The notes beneath the pieces are model-generated. The model was not told the origin of the DNA. It saw nothing but the letters and a program-made list of their open reading frames with translations, and made no database searches. DNA of 64,000 bases from Chiloscyllium plagiosum (taxonomy: Eukaryota), in contig NC_057719.1 in NCBI RefSeq assembly GCF_004010195.1, positions 56,121,297-56,185,296 on the forward strand, written 5' to 3'. This document shows positions 38,588 to 51,754 of this stretch, piece by piece; within the stretch, counting starts at the first letter, position 1; every line of letters begins with the position of its first letter. A program made the position numbers and the translations under genes.

Positions 38588-39111
38588 ACATTGGTGAGGC
38601 CACTTTTAGAATACTGCATTCAATTCTGGTCACCCTTCTATAGGAAGAATATTGTTAAGTTTGAGAGGGTGCAGAAAAGACTTACAAGGATATTGCTAGG
38701 ACTGGAGGGTTTGAGTTATTGGAAGAGGCTGAATAGGCTGGGACTTTATTTCCCTGGGGCGTCAGAGGCTGAGGGGTGACCTTGTAGAGGTTTATATGAG
38801 GGGAATAGACCGGGTGAATAACCAAGGTCTTTTTCCTAGGGTGGGCAAGTCCAAAGCCAGAGGTTTAGGTTTAAGGTGAGAGGGGAAAGATCTAAAAAGG
38901 ACCTGAGGGGCAACCTTTTCATGCAGTGTATGGAACAAGCTGTCAGAGAAAGTGATGGAAACAGGTACAATTCTAACTTTAAAAAGGCAGCTGGATGGGT
39001 GCATGAATAGGAAGGGTTTAGAAGGATATGGGCCATGTGCTGCAAATGGGACTAGATCAGATTGGGAAGTCTGGTCGGCGCTGAAGGACCGAAGGTTCTG
39101 ATTCCGTGCTC
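38588..39111 (+). mobile_element. CR1 LINE 3' fragment
   Basis: LVRPLLEYCIQFWSP through the 3' UTR. Confidence 0.9.
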
Positions 39112-39414
39112 ATAGAATCCCAAGTGTGGAAACAGGCTCTCCAAAGAGTAACCCACTCAGATGCATTCCTCTACCCTATTATCTTACTCTTTACTAATGC
39201 ACCTAACCCACACATCCCTGAACTCTATGGACAATTTAGTGTGTCCAATTCACCTAACTTGCACATTTTTGGATTGTAGGAAGAAACCAGAGCACCCAGA
39301 GGAGACACAGGAATGTGCAAACTCCACACGGACAGTCACCTGAGGCTGGAATCGAACCCAGGTCCCTGGTGCTGTGAGGCGTCAGTGCTAACCACTGAGC
39401 CACCGCACTGCCCC
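39112..39414 (-). mobile_element. HE1-type SINE
   Basis: rc head GGTGGCTCAGTGGTTAGCAC, B box GGTTCGATTCC. Confidence 0.9.
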
Positions 39415-39481
39415 GTGCTGTTCTTTATAACTGCATGACTCTATGAACGCTATTATGAGTAATCTGTTGCATAAAGGACGC

Positions 39482-39798
39482 CTATATAAGGTGAATAGCA
39501 AAGATATTTTCCCTAGGGTAGGAGAGTTCAAAACTAGACGGCATATTTTTAAGCTGAGAGGGAAAGATTTAAAAGAGGCCTGAGGGGCAAGGTTTTCACA
39601 GAGGGTGGTTTGAATGTGGGATGAACTGCCAGAGGAAGTGGTAGTTGCAGGTAGAATTCCAACATTTAAAAGACGTTTGAACAGGTTCATGAATCAGAAA
39701 GATTTATAGGGATATAGGCCAAACGCAGGCAAATGCAATTAGTTTAGTTTGGGAAACTTGGTTGGCATGGATGAGTTGGATGGCCTCTATGACTCTAT
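39482..39798 (+). mobile_element. CR1 LINE 3' fragment
   Basis: TRRHIFKL..WDELPEE and a CTCTATGACTCTAT tail. Confidence 0.85.
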
Positions 39799-40399
39799 TA
39801 CAACAGTAACTACATTTCAAAACGAATTAATGAGCTATATACCACTGTGGAAATCATGATATCATGAAAAGTGCTACATAACTGCAGTTCTTTTTCCTTT
39901 CTTAACTTTTCACCTCACATCCCTCCCTACTATTTAGAGAGAAGCTGACATGTAAATAGTTGTTTATCTCCATTAAATTAGAAGAATTTGATTTAATTAG
40001 ACTAACACTGAGCATAAGCATGGTACCTCCAGTTCATGAAAAAGCAGTAGTGTATGTCACTGATCACATTTGAAAGTTGCTGTTTCTATTTTACATTGGA
40101 TCAGATGGAACACCTCTCCTGACTGCAACATGGTATCTCTACAGATGACTTGGGACTCAAACATTGACCAATGCTGCTTATACTATGCTGCTTCTGGCAT
40201 GCAAGCATTTGGCAGCCTCTATGGACACGTTGATAGCTCCAAGGAGAGCCAGGTATAGAGAAAGGTAACATCAAAGCTAAAAGCTAAACAAATCATATGC
40301 TTTTCTCTCATTAGTGAGAGAAACAACTGTTGAGGGTTTAACCTGGGAGCTAGGCCCAGAATACTCAGTGTCTGCTAAATATGTGCACAGACCTCATTC

Positions 40400-41942
40400 C
40401 ATTATGCCACCCTTTGGTGCTCAGCATCTGTAGCAAGGCAGTGAGGTGATAAAGAATCTTGAACTCACTCCACATGTCTCTTCCCCATAAAGAGACAGGT
40501 CAGAGCCAGTAGGCTGCCAGTTAGGGGAGGAACCACATACAGGCCCTCCACCCAGCAGCTGCCTCTCAGAACACTCCGTTCCCAGCCTGCCACTCTCAGT
40601 CCTATGGGACCTAGTCAAAAAGGATGCACCTACCCCTGGCAAGACACAGTCAGCATGTCTGGGCCCTCCATACAGAAACAACCTTGGCATTCCCCAATCA
40701 AAACTACATGGCCAACAGATTCCAATGTTGGTAGATTCCCTCCACCCAAGCTGAGCAGCCGAGGACTGCACTAAGACATTGTGGGATGGAAAGTGAGTAG
40801 AACCTCTGAGGGCACACAGATGGTATGGGTAACACTTCATTGTAAATACATTATCACATTTGCAAATAGATGTTCACTTTTCAACATCAGTTGTGTGAGT
40901 AATATCTCCCTGACTGACTGGTCTCCAGACCAATTTTCCCTGGACCTAATCAGCTGGCCATGTCCCACTTTCTGCACTGCAAAGGTAAGGATCCCTGACC
41001 ACCCCGAGCAGCCAACTGACTATGTGCAAGCCCCTGGAATGATATCAGAGACAGCCTTTATTACTGTCTGGGTAAAAACATTGACTTAACTGAAGACTAC
41101 TTCACAAAAACTTTGAGACATAGTCATTTGGTTGAAGCCTATGCAGTGCATTTGCCACATAGGTTGCTGGTGGATGGTATAGGTGTGACATTGATGTAGC
41201 TAGTGCCATACAGCAACATGTCCACCCCATGACAACTGACAACTATAACAAGCTACCTTGCTGCACCAAAAGGTAAGTGTATACAATAGCACTGTGAGCC
41301 TTTAAGCTCTGGCAGAGAGAGAATAAAACACAAAAATGCAAGACAGAGATGTTGTAAGCATTGAAGTAGGTACAAAGTAAATGCTAAGGGAGCAACTGAG
41401 GAGCACTAAGATACAGCCTGCAGGTGTCTGTCCCTGCACATAAAATGTCTTGGGAGTAGCATCACAATGCCAGGGCCAGTGCACTCCAAGGTGAAGCACT
41501 AAAGTAGAGAACTGTATTGTAAGCTGGTCAGAGATGTGTCATGAGGGTGTGATAAGGCTGGTCTGTGTCCAATGCTGATAACTGTGGACTGGGGTGTGAG
41601 CAGTCACTTGCTATGAAGGATGCCTCCAGATGTTGGCAACTGCTGTCCAAGATGGAAAGCTAGAGAAGCAACCAGTGAGCTGGAATTTCCAGGTATTCAC
41701 TCTGACTTTTCTGTCTGTCACAGTCTAATTTTTCTCCAATAATTGGGAGAATTGGAGGAATTAACTAAAAAATGAGACATGAATCCATGTAAATGGATGC
41801 AAATAGGCCTCTTGACACTCATGAGTGAGATTCTTGTCTCGCTGTTCAACACATCAAGAAACTCATTACTGCCAATCATACCTGATTTACCCAACTTTCT
41901 CACAAGTGCCCACATCATTTAGTGGCTGGGAATATTTAGCCT
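40400..41942. mobile_element. Possible Harbinger remnant
   Basis: GC-richer block ending GGGAATATTTAGCC (rc GGCTAAATATTCCC), resembling the putative Harbinger TIRs; no clear protein motif recovered. Confidence 0.3.
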
Positions 41943-43236
41943 AAAACCATCAATAAAATAATGCAACTTTTCCATCGTTATCAGTGACCTTTGTTTATCA
42001 GAGGGCAGACAGCTTGACCACAGTGTTGCATCAGTGAACTGCATGTTCATGTCTACCAGCATGCCAGAGAGCATTGATACACTATATTTTCAGGGATAGA
42101 CATAAAATAACTGCCATGACTGTACTGGGGACTACAACTCTGAGTATAACAAGGTTCTCAAACAGGAATACAAAAGCAAAGCACTGTAGATGCTGCAAAT
42201 TTGACGTAAGAACAAAAGTTTCAAAATACTCAGCAGGTTAGGCAGCATTTATGAAGGGAAACAGAGTAACATTTCTGTTTGACAATCTTTCACCATGGAA
42301 TGTCTCAAAATGTTTGTTATTTGATCTCCCTTGGCCTCATGAACCTTCCCTTTTATACTTTGTGCCTCTTCATCACTCCACCATTTAAAATATTTGTTTC
42401 AAAAGAAGCAGCAGATTTGGAGACATGGAAAGTAAAGAATTTGGATTGTACCAACTATCCTGTATAGACTGTAAAACTACTTTTCATTTAAAATGATGCA
42501 TTCATTGAGGATGAAAAAAGAACTTTCCAGAGATTTCTTTCATTATGACCTTTAAAATCTGCCACTGAAACCCAACATTCAGGCCCATGCTTAGACAAGT
42601 TTTTAAGTTTAGTATCATGCTGCCAATCCCTATAAGTATTCATATTTGCAAAGCAGTGCAAGCATCATGATTTAGCAACTACCATTTTGTCACTACCCAA
42701 AAACACCATTTATGGCCACACTGGCTTATATCATTCATGTGGTTAGCTGATTTCTGAAAAGCTAAACTTTAGTTTTTCACAATAATTAATGGCAAATATC
42801 CTCTCAGAGGTTGCTAGAACTATAATTATATCCAAGCTGTCATTTACAAATGGTATGAGAAAGATCATTCAGCATACAGTTGAAGTTTGAAATGATTAGC
42901 TCAGACTATGATTAGACAAATTGCCTCTATCGCATGCAGAATTTGTCCAGAGAACATTTTAATGCACTGCCAACAGAATTTTGCTAATATTTCATCTTCA
43001 GCCTAGTCATCTTTTTCCCATACTGAAAATGTGCTGAAGATATGCTGCATATTTAGGATCCATGAATAATGTTTGCTGCATGATCCATTTGTAAAGTAAA
43101 CATATCAGGTTGTCATTAATTATTCATACTAAGTTGTTGAACACAAGATATTTATCTAATAATCTATTGATGAATATTAACTTGTAAATGATTTGTGCGA
43201 TATTTCTGATCTTTTAATTTAAATTATTCCTATAGT

Positions 43237-43420
43237 TCAAAAATTAGCAAGTTTTGAGAGTATTTGTAGCTCAGGTTGAGGTTCTGGATGTAGGTTTGCT
43301 CGCTGAGCTGGAAGGTTCATTTCCAGACTTTTCGACACCCTACTCGGTAATATCTTCAGTGGGCCTCCAGGCGAAGCACTGCTGAAATTTTCCACCTTCC
43401 ATTTATATGTTTTAAAGTTT
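43237..43420 (-). mobile_element. PLE family 3 terminal fragment with hammerhead (43323-43362)
   Basis: rc cca CTGAAGA tattaccgagtagggtgtc GAAA agtc tgg; 3-bp stem I (CCA/TGG) and a longer stem II than families 1-2. Confidence 0.75.
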
Positions 43421-44457
43421 TTGAATATTTCCATAAAATGTTATTACCTCCCCACAGACCCCTTCATCTAAATTTATGAAGGAACACAATTCAGCTGCAG
43501 TGTCCTTGTGGAGACAAAACCCCATCTTCACATTGAGAATAGTTCCAGTTGTGGATGAGCTCCACAATTGAGTTGTGTGACTCTATCACCATGATAAATG
43601 GAATAGACTTCAAATAGATTGAGCAATGCATTAGGCACACATGAGGTGCTGTGGGCCACCAACAACAGCAGAATTGTACTCCAGCACAATCTGCCATCTC
43701 TTGACCCAGCATATCGCCCACTCAAGCCGGAGGATTAACCTTGGTTCAATGAAGAGTGCAAGAGGTCATACCAGGAGCAGCAGCAGGCATATCTGAAAAT
43801 GAGGTATTAACCTGCTGAAGCTATCAAACAGGACTATCTATGTACCAAACAATATAAGCAGCAAGTGATAGACAGAGATAAGAGATCACATAACCAATAG
43901 ACTGAACCCAAGCTCTGAAGTTCGGCCATGTCAGTCATGAATGATGGTCAACAACTCAACAACTCACTGGAGGAGGAGTTTCACAAATATCCCCATTCTC
44001 AATGATGGGCAAGCCCAGAACATGAACCTTAACCACCCTCTGAAATGACTGAGCAAGACACTCCACTGTAACAATCACTGGAAAGTCTCAAAAATTGAAT
44101 GAAACTGGACAGGCCACTTGGCATTGACATTGGCATCGGCTTCCTTTATTGCAGGAGGAGTTTCACAAATATCCATTTCCTCAATGGTGGACAAACCCAG
44201 CACATGCATGACACAGACAAGGCTGAGGCATTTGCAAGAATCTTCAGCCAGAAGTATCAAGTGGATGATTGAGCTTGACCTCCTGTAGAGGAGGCACTAC
44301 CTCTCAACTAGAGGAGACACTGATACACAGATGCCAGTCTTCAGCTAACTGGATCTACTTCATGTGATATCAAAAAACAATGGAGGCATTGGATACGGAA
44401 AAATGTGTTTATGGAAAAGCGCAGCAGGTCAGGCAGCATCAAAGGAGCAGGAGAATC

Positions 44458-44485
44458 GACATTTCGGGCATGAGCCCTTCTTCAG
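44458..44485 (-). ncRNA. Minimal hammerhead ribozyme motif (PLE)
   Basis: rc CTGAAGA a GGGC tcat GCCC GAAA TGTC. Confidence 0.72.
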
Positions 44486-45128
44486 GAATGAGGAGGGTGT
44501 GCCAAGCAGGCTAAGATAAAAGGTGAGGAGGGACTTGGGGGAGGGGTGTTGGGAATGCAATAGGTGGAAGGAGGTTAAGGTGAGGGTGATAGGCGGAGAG
44601 GGGTTGGGGACAGAGAGGTCGGGAAGAAAATTGCAAGTCAAGAAGGCGGTGCTGAGTCCGAGGGTTGGGACTGAGACAAGGTGGGGGGAGGGGAAATAAG
44701 GAGGGTGGAGAAATCTGCATTCATCCCTTGTGGTTGGAGGGTTCCTAAGCGGAAGATGAGGCGCTCTTCCTCCAGGCGTCGTGTTGCCATGGTCTGGCGA
44801 TGGAGGAGGCCAAGGACCTGCGTGTCCTTGGCGGAGTGGGAGGGGAAGTTAAAGTGTTCAGCCACGGGACGGTTGGGTTGATTGGTGCGGGTGTCCCAGA
44901 CGTGTTCTCTGAAACGTTCCGCAAGTAGGCACCCTGTCTCCCCAACATATAGGAGGCCACATCAGGTGCAGCGGATGCAGTAAATGATGTGTGTGGAGAT
45001 GCAGGTGAATTTGTGACGGATATGGAAGGATCCCTTGGTGCCTTGGAGGGAAGTGAGGGGGGAGGTGTGGGCGCAAGTTTTGCATTTCTTGCGGTTGCAG
45101 GGGAAGGTGCCGGCAGTGGAGGTTGGGT

Positions 45129-45663
45129 NNNNNNNNNNNNNNNNNNNNNNNNNNNNNNNNNNNNNNNNNNNNNNNNNNNNNNNNNNNNNNNNNNNNNNNN
45201 NNNNNNNNNNNNNNNNNNNNNNNNNNNNNNNNNNNNNNNNNNNNNNNNNNNNNNNNNNNNNNNNNNNNNNNNNNNNNNNNNNNNNNNNNNNNNNNNNNNN
45301 NNNNNNNNNNNNNNNNNNNNNNNNNNNNNNNNNNNNNNNNNNNNNNNNNNNNNNNNNNNNNNNNNNNNNNNNNNNNNNNNNNNNNNNNNNNNNNNNNNNN
45401 NNNNNNNNNNNNNNNNNNNNNNNNNNNNNNNNNNNNNNNNNNNNNNNNNNNNNNNNNNNNNNNNNNNNNNNNNNNNNNNNNNNNNNNNNNNNNNNNNNNN
45501 NNNNNNNNNNNNNNNNNNNNNNNNNNNNNNNNNNNNNNNNNNNNNNNNNNNNNNNNNNNNNNNNNNNNNNNNNNNNNNNNNNNNNNNNNNNNNNNNNNNN
45601 NNNNNNNNNNNNNNNNNNNNNNNNNNNNNNNNNNNNNNNNNNNNNNNNNNNNNNNNNNNNNNN
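45129..45663. other. Assembly gap (535 N)
   Basis: Run of N inside the PLE. Confidence 1.
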
Positions 45664-46464
45664 GCCCATGGCTACTCCTTTGGTTTGAGGAAGTGGGAGG
45701 ATTGGAAAGAGAAGTTGTTCAGGGTGAGGACCAGTTCAGTCAGTCGAAGGAGGGTGTCAGTGGAAGGGTACTGGTTGGTTCGGCAGGAAAGGAAGAAGCG
45801 GAGGGCTTTGAGGCCTTCATGATGGGGGATGGAGGTGTATAGGGACTGGATGTCCATAGTGAAGATAAGGCGTTGGGGAAGCGAAAGTCATGGAGGAGGT
45901 GGAGGGCATGGGTGGTGTCCCGAATGTAGGTGGGGAGTTCTTGGACTAAGGGGGACAGGACCGTGTCAAGGTATGCAGAGATGAGTTCGGTGGGGCAGGA
46001 GCAGGCTGAGACAATGGGTCGGCCGGGGCAGTGGATTTTAGGCAGGAGGTAGAAACAGGCGGTGCGGGGTTGTGGGACTATGAGGTTGGAGGCGGTGGAT
46101 GGGAGACCCCCTGAGGTGATGAGGTTATGGATGGTCTGGGAGATGATGGTTTGGTGGTGGGAGGTGGGGTCATGATCAAGGGGGCAGTAGGAGGAGGTGT
46201 CCACGAGCTGCCGTTTAGCCTCAGCAATGTAAAGGTCGGTGCGCCAAACTACCAACGTGGCCCCACCTTTTGTCAGTCCCAACTCTCGGACTCAGCACCG
46301 CCTTCTTGACCTGCAATCTTCTTCCCGACCTCTCCGTCCCCAACCCCTCTCCGGCTATCACCCTCACCTTACACTCCTTCCACCTATCGCATTCCCAACG
46401 CCCCTCCCCCAAGTCCCTCCTCCCTACCTTTTATCTTAGCCTGCTTGGCACACCCTCCTCATTC

Positions 46465-46492
46465 CTGAAGAAGGGTTTATGCCCGAAACGTC
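46465..46492 (+). ncRNA. Minimal hammerhead ribozyme motif (PLE)
   Basis: CTGAAGA a GGGT ttat GCCC GAAA CGTC. Confidence 0.75.
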
Positions 46493-47976
46493 AATTCTCC
46501 TGCTCCTTTGATGCTGACTGACCTACTGCGCTTTTCCATAAACACATTTTTCAGCTCTGATCTCCAGCATCTGCAGTCCTCATTTTCTCCCAGGCATTGG
46601 ATACTGCAAGGCATTGGGCCCTGACAAACATCTGGCAATAGTACTGAAGATTGGTATTCCACAACATCCCACAGCTTTCGCCAAGCAGTTACAGCACTGG
46701 GATCTATCCAGAAATGTGGAAAATTGTCCAAGAATGTCTTTGTACACTAAAAGCAGGACAATCCAATCTATTCAATTACCACTCCATCATCTGCTCTCAA
46801 TCATCAGCAAAGTGATGAAAGATGTTGTCAACAATACAATCAAGCAGCACTTTCTTATCAATAACGTGATCACTGATGCCCAGTTTCTGACTTCATTACA
46901 GCATTAGTTCAAATATGAACAAACAACCTGAACTCTGGAAATGATATGAGAATGACTACCCTTGACATCGAAGCTGATTTTGACCAAGTGGGGCATCAAT
47001 GAGCTATGGCAAAATTAGAGCTCATCTCAGCTCCAGGACATCTCTGCAGGAGTTCCTCAGGGTAGTGTTCTAGACCCAACCATCTTCAGCTGCTTCATCA
47101 ATGATCTTTTCTCCATCATAAGGTGAGAAGTGGGGATGTTCTCTAATGATTGTATAATGTATAGCACCATTTGTGACTCCTCCAGTACTGAAGCATTCCA
47201 TTTCAAAATGCAGCAAGACCTGGACAATATCCATTGGTGAGAAAGTTGAAATTCCATTACTAAACCTTTCCATTTGAAAACATTTTTCTCCTCTGTTATG
47301 ATTGCAAGGGAGACCCCAAACTTTTAAAACTAAGTTTTAATCCCCAACTGTTACCTGAAAGAATTATGCCACAATGTTTAATGTTTTAAATAAAAGCATT
47401 TACTGTATACAAGTTAAACAGAACAAGTATTATTAACTTTACAGTTACTTCATAAACATTTACTCATTAAGCCCAAAAATCTCAACGGGACACCTTTGGT
47501 TCTCAAAACTGTTCAGAGACTCCGATTGCCTATTTTTCACATCCAACCAAGAGTGCCCCTGCATGTTACAGGATTTTGAGGATCTTTTCACTGCTCTTTG
47601 AACCAGTACAAGGTATGCCACAGCTTCTGGGAATTTCCTTTTAATCTATTCATTTTCATTTGTGCTGTTCTTGGATCCTTCCAATTGATCCAGCTCAGTG
47701 ATCTCTCAGCTCTCCATACAAATCTCACAATTATGGGCACTCGTGTTCAAGCATGGGCCTAACTGCACCCTTGCTTCCAGCTTCTGGCAAATATGCTCCC
47801 TGGTTCTCAAAGTTGCTCTGAGACTCCAACTGTCTGTCCTGTCAGAAAAAAAAACATATGGATAAACCCAAAAGCCAAACATATCTCCCTACAATGTTGC
47901 CATTGCAATGAAACATAACTGAGATGTTCCAGACAAAGATTTAAATTAATTACCTCCAGTTGTAAAATCTTGCGTT

Positions 47977-48262
47977 TGATTAGATTAGATTAATTACATT
48001 GTGGAAACAGGCCCTTCGGCCCAAAAAGCCCACACCGACCTGCTAAAGCGTAACCCACCCAGACCCATTCGCCTTGATTTACCCCTTCACCTAACACTAC
48101 AGGCAATTTAGTATACCGATTCACCTAACCTGCACATTTTTGGATTGTGGGAGGAAACCTACGCAGACAATTTCACACAGAGAGTCGCCTGAGGCGGGAA
48201 CTGAACCCGGGTCTCAGGCGCTGTGAAGCAGCAGTGCTAACCACTGTGCCAACGTGCCGCAC
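47977..48262 (-). mobile_element. HE1-type SINE with internal deletion
   Basis: Reverse complement of 26061-26363, with a (GATTA)n tail. Confidence 0.9.
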
Positions 48263-48569
48263 CATTGATTGGAAAGTATATGGAAACTTTAACATCTTCC
48301 CTTATTTACCTGTTTCTTTCATTTTTTTTTGATCTGGGACTCATAAATAATTTAAACCCCTTCTGAAATCAAGAGGAGACATCTCATCTTTACCAAAAAA
48401 TACTCAGAAAGCAACTATTTGGTGTTTAATGCTTTCCCACCACTGACTCTGAACCCACCAAATAAATGCCGATTACCTTTTGAATTCCCATTACTTTCCA
48501 TCAAAAAATTTCAATCCCTCATTAAAAGCTATACACCTTCTATATCATATGAAATACGATATTTTCACA

Positions 48570-48742
48570 ACACGTCCATTAAGATTCTCCTTAAATCCTG
48601 CCTCTTGGAACAAACCTTTAGACATTTGGCCTAATATCTACTTAACTGATTCAGTGTCATGCTTTGTTTGGTAACACTCCTGTAAAAAGCCTCAGGTTGT
48701 TTTATTATATTAAAGAAGCAATATAGATGCAAGCTGTTATTT
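48570..48742 (+). mobile_element. L2-like LINE 3' tail
   Basis: CTCCTTAAA..CTCCTGTAAAAAGCC..TAAAGAAGCAATATAGATGCAAG, a recalled L2-type terminus. Confidence 0.65.
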
Positions 48743-48770
48743 TATTGACACAAACAGTGCAGTTGGATTA

Positions 48771-48926
48771 CAGAGGAACCTCAATTATCCGGCATTTGAT
48801 TATCTGAATATCGCAAGGTCCCAATGCTTTGCTATACTATGTTATCCGGCATTCAATTATCCATCATTCAATTAACAAAACAAAATGCTCCCTGCCGGTG
48901 TCCTTCGGATAACTGAGGTTCCTCTG
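48771..48926. mobile_element. pogo/Tigger-like MITE
   Basis: TIR CAGAGGAACCTCAATTATCCG vs rc CAGAGGAACCTCAGTTATCCG (20/21); TA TSD on both sides; internal TTATCCGGCATT repeats. Confidence 0.92.
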
Positions 48927-50739
48927 TACTATTAACTTACTCTAACTTTCAATGAAACTCAACTCTGCTTCCGATCAAAAGAGTTGTAAGCTTGTGATCT
49001 TTCCAGAAACAAAATATCTGACTACATGCACATACCCATCAACCTCACCCAATCACCACCACTCCATATCTGACAGAGCAATTTGCACTTTGTGTACCTC
49101 AGAATGGAAACTGAATGGTGTGGGAAATGAAACCTGTGCACTCTCACTCCTCAGCACTGAACATTAATGTCCAGATGCTCGTCACTTTCTCACCATCTCG
49201 CTTGTCAATTATTTATTTAGGTATACATTATTTTTCACATTACCAGTTTATTATTTTCTCATCAAGAGGTTGTTGCTGGAGGCCTGAAGGCATCTGTGGA
49301 AGCATCAAAAAGGGGGGAAGAGGAAAGAAAATTTGATGAAAATTGTTGTTGCTATTTCCACGCAAGATAACATTGATTTATTCAAAATACCAATATTTCA
49401 GAATTTACATATTTGTATTTCTCAATAGGACTCTTCATTATCTCCATTTCAATGATCTGCCAGAAAGAATGTGGGTGGGTATCACTCACAAAGCCAACAT
49501 TTGTTGTTTGTCTTGAGAAACTAAGGATGGGTTCCACAAAACAAGGTCAGAATGCAGTTAAGAATCAAGAGTTTAATTAAGAAATTAAGGCATTGGAATT
49601 AAATAAAAGTCAAGCCAAAACAGCTAAAGACAACTTCCTTTTCCTTTTCCAAAGCTAGCTGAGGTTTTATGACAGTATAACAACTATTTGATTACTTTTA
49701 CTGACACCAGTGTTTACTTTCATGATTTTTTTCTAACAGTCAGTAAAATGCTGTTTGCGAATTTCAAATGTATTCTAATTTATAAACTGGCAGAATGGGA
49801 TTGAATTCAAATTAATAATCTAAAGCCTTACTGCCCCAGTGATATATCCATCACCTGTTGCCAGAGACAGGGATAAGAACAGGAGGGGCAGCTCAGTCAT
49901 CACTGAATCTCCAGTGAGTTAGTGCTGGTGTGGGTATAGAGGAAGGGTACAACCGATCTGACTAGAGTAGCCATATAGCACTATCAGGGACATGTGTCTC
50001 TGTTAGCCCTTCGTGAAGTGGCAGAGCTCTGCCATTGATGAGATTCACTAAACTGATTCCAACATACCATTTGTGCTTTTCCTTGCCTCCATTCCTGTTT
50101 GGGGGGCAGATAATCAGACATTTCTGAATTCACTTACAAGTAGCCAGCACCACTTAACAGGGAGGTGCAATCTGGTCGTAGGCAGCTGGTGAAGAATGTC
50201 TGAACAGCTGAAGATCAAGCTGCCATGGTCACCAATGCTGCCCCGCAGGCTCCAGTGCAAATGGTGGACAAGAAGAGAGAAATCTTGTACCCTGTAGGAG
50301 GCTGAAACCAGCTCCACTTCCCACAGTAACACCTTCACTGCAGAGTGGTCAATGCCACAAACTAATTTCCCAGAACATGGCTGCAGTGCTGGGGAGCAGA
50401 CACATTTCAATGAACAGATCTCAAGTTAAAACTTCTCCATTTTTAGTTTCTGTTCATATTACCATCACCTCACCCTCACTACTCACAATACCCAAATCTT
50501 CTTTTCTTTATTCTTTTGTCATTCTATCTCATTGTAAACTTTCTGAATGACCACTTACAATTACTTTCATCATTCTTTTTGATTTGATCTATTATTGTCA
50601 CATTCGTACAATGAAACGTTTTGTTTCACATGCAGCACAGGCAGGTCATACCATTTGAAGTGTTTCAGGATAATAGAACAAAGTGAAGAATACAATGCTC
50701 ACTTGTCTTTGCTCTCCATTCACATCACAAGCACTTTTT

Positions 50740-51738
50740 CTTTCTTTCATTCATTCATAGGATATAATCATCACTGGCTAGCCAGCAGTTATTACCTGTT
50801 CCTAGTTGCCCTTGAGAAGGTGGTGGTGAGCAGCCTTCTTGAACTGCAACAGTCCATGTGCTGTATATTGACCCACAATGCCCTTAGGGAGGGCATTCCA
50901 AGTTTTTACCCAGCGACATTGAAGGAATGGTGATATATTTCCAAGTCAGGATAGTGACTGACTTGGAGGGGAACTTGCAGGTGGTGATATTCCCATGTAT
51001 CTGCTGCCCTTGCCCTTCTAGATGGATGTGGTAGTGTATCTGAATGGTCTTTGGTGAATTTCTGCAGTGCATCTTGTAGATAGTACACACTGCTGTGATC
51101 TAGCATGGATGGTAGAGGGAATGGATGTTTGTGGATGTGATGCCAATCAAGTGGATTGCTTTGTCCTAGATGGTGTCAAGCTTCTTGAGTGTTGTTGGAG
51201 CTGCACTCGTCCAGGGGAGTATTCCATCACACTCCTGACTTGTGTCTTTAGATGATGGACAGGCTTTGAGGAATTAGGAGGTGAGTTACGTTCTGCAGTA
51301 TTCCTAGCCTCTGATCCACTCTTGCAGCCATTGTGTTTACGTGGTGAACTCAGTTGTTGATGTTGATAGTTGGGGATTCAGTGATGGTAAACCATTGAAT
51401 GTCAAGGGGCAGAGGTTAGATTTTCTCTTATTGGAGATGGCCATTGCTGGCATTTCAGTGGCATGAATGTTACTTGTCAGCCCAAACCTGGGTATTATCC
51501 TGATTTTATTGCATTTGAACATGGATTGCTTTAGGACCTTAGGAGTCGCAAATTGTGCTAAACATTGCGCAATCATCAACAATCATCCCCATTCCTGACC
51601 TTATGATAGAAGGAAGGTCAATGGTGAAGCAGCTGAAGATGGTTGGGCCTAGGGCACTATCCTAAGGAACTATTGCTGAGGTATCTTGGAGCTGAGATAA
51701 CTGACCACCAGCAACCACAATCATCTTCCTATGTGCTT
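50740..51738 (-). mobile_element. LINE family B, RT to 3' end
   Basis: Reverse complement of 30690-31610; VP..SALGPTIFSCF. Confidence 0.9.
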
Positions 51739-51754
51739 TTCCTTTCTAATATAC

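Larger units (their letters stand above)
44397..46591 (-). mobile_element. Penelope-like element family 2, ~2.2 kb, RT + GIY-YIG, inverted terminal copies
   Basis: RT FYLLPKIH..GRPIVS, MDIQSLYTSIP, G.AMG; EN CNRKKCKTC, IIYCIRC, AEHFN..EERLIFRLGTLQPQGMN; ~44400-44690 inverted at ~46260-46552; perfect 13-bp TSD AGGCATTGGATAC (44384-44396/46592-46604). Stops and frameshifts present. Confidence 0.95.
43480..47240 (+). mobile_element. LINE family B ORF2 remnant, split by the PLE at 44397-46591
   Basis: PWFNEEC; GPDK..AIVLK; LLSIISKVM; LDIEADFDQV; GVPQGSVLDPTIFSCFINDL. Confidence 0.88.

Noticed and set aside
44962..45842. Longest ORFs in the track (217-277 aa)
   Set aside because: Artefacts of translating through the N gap.
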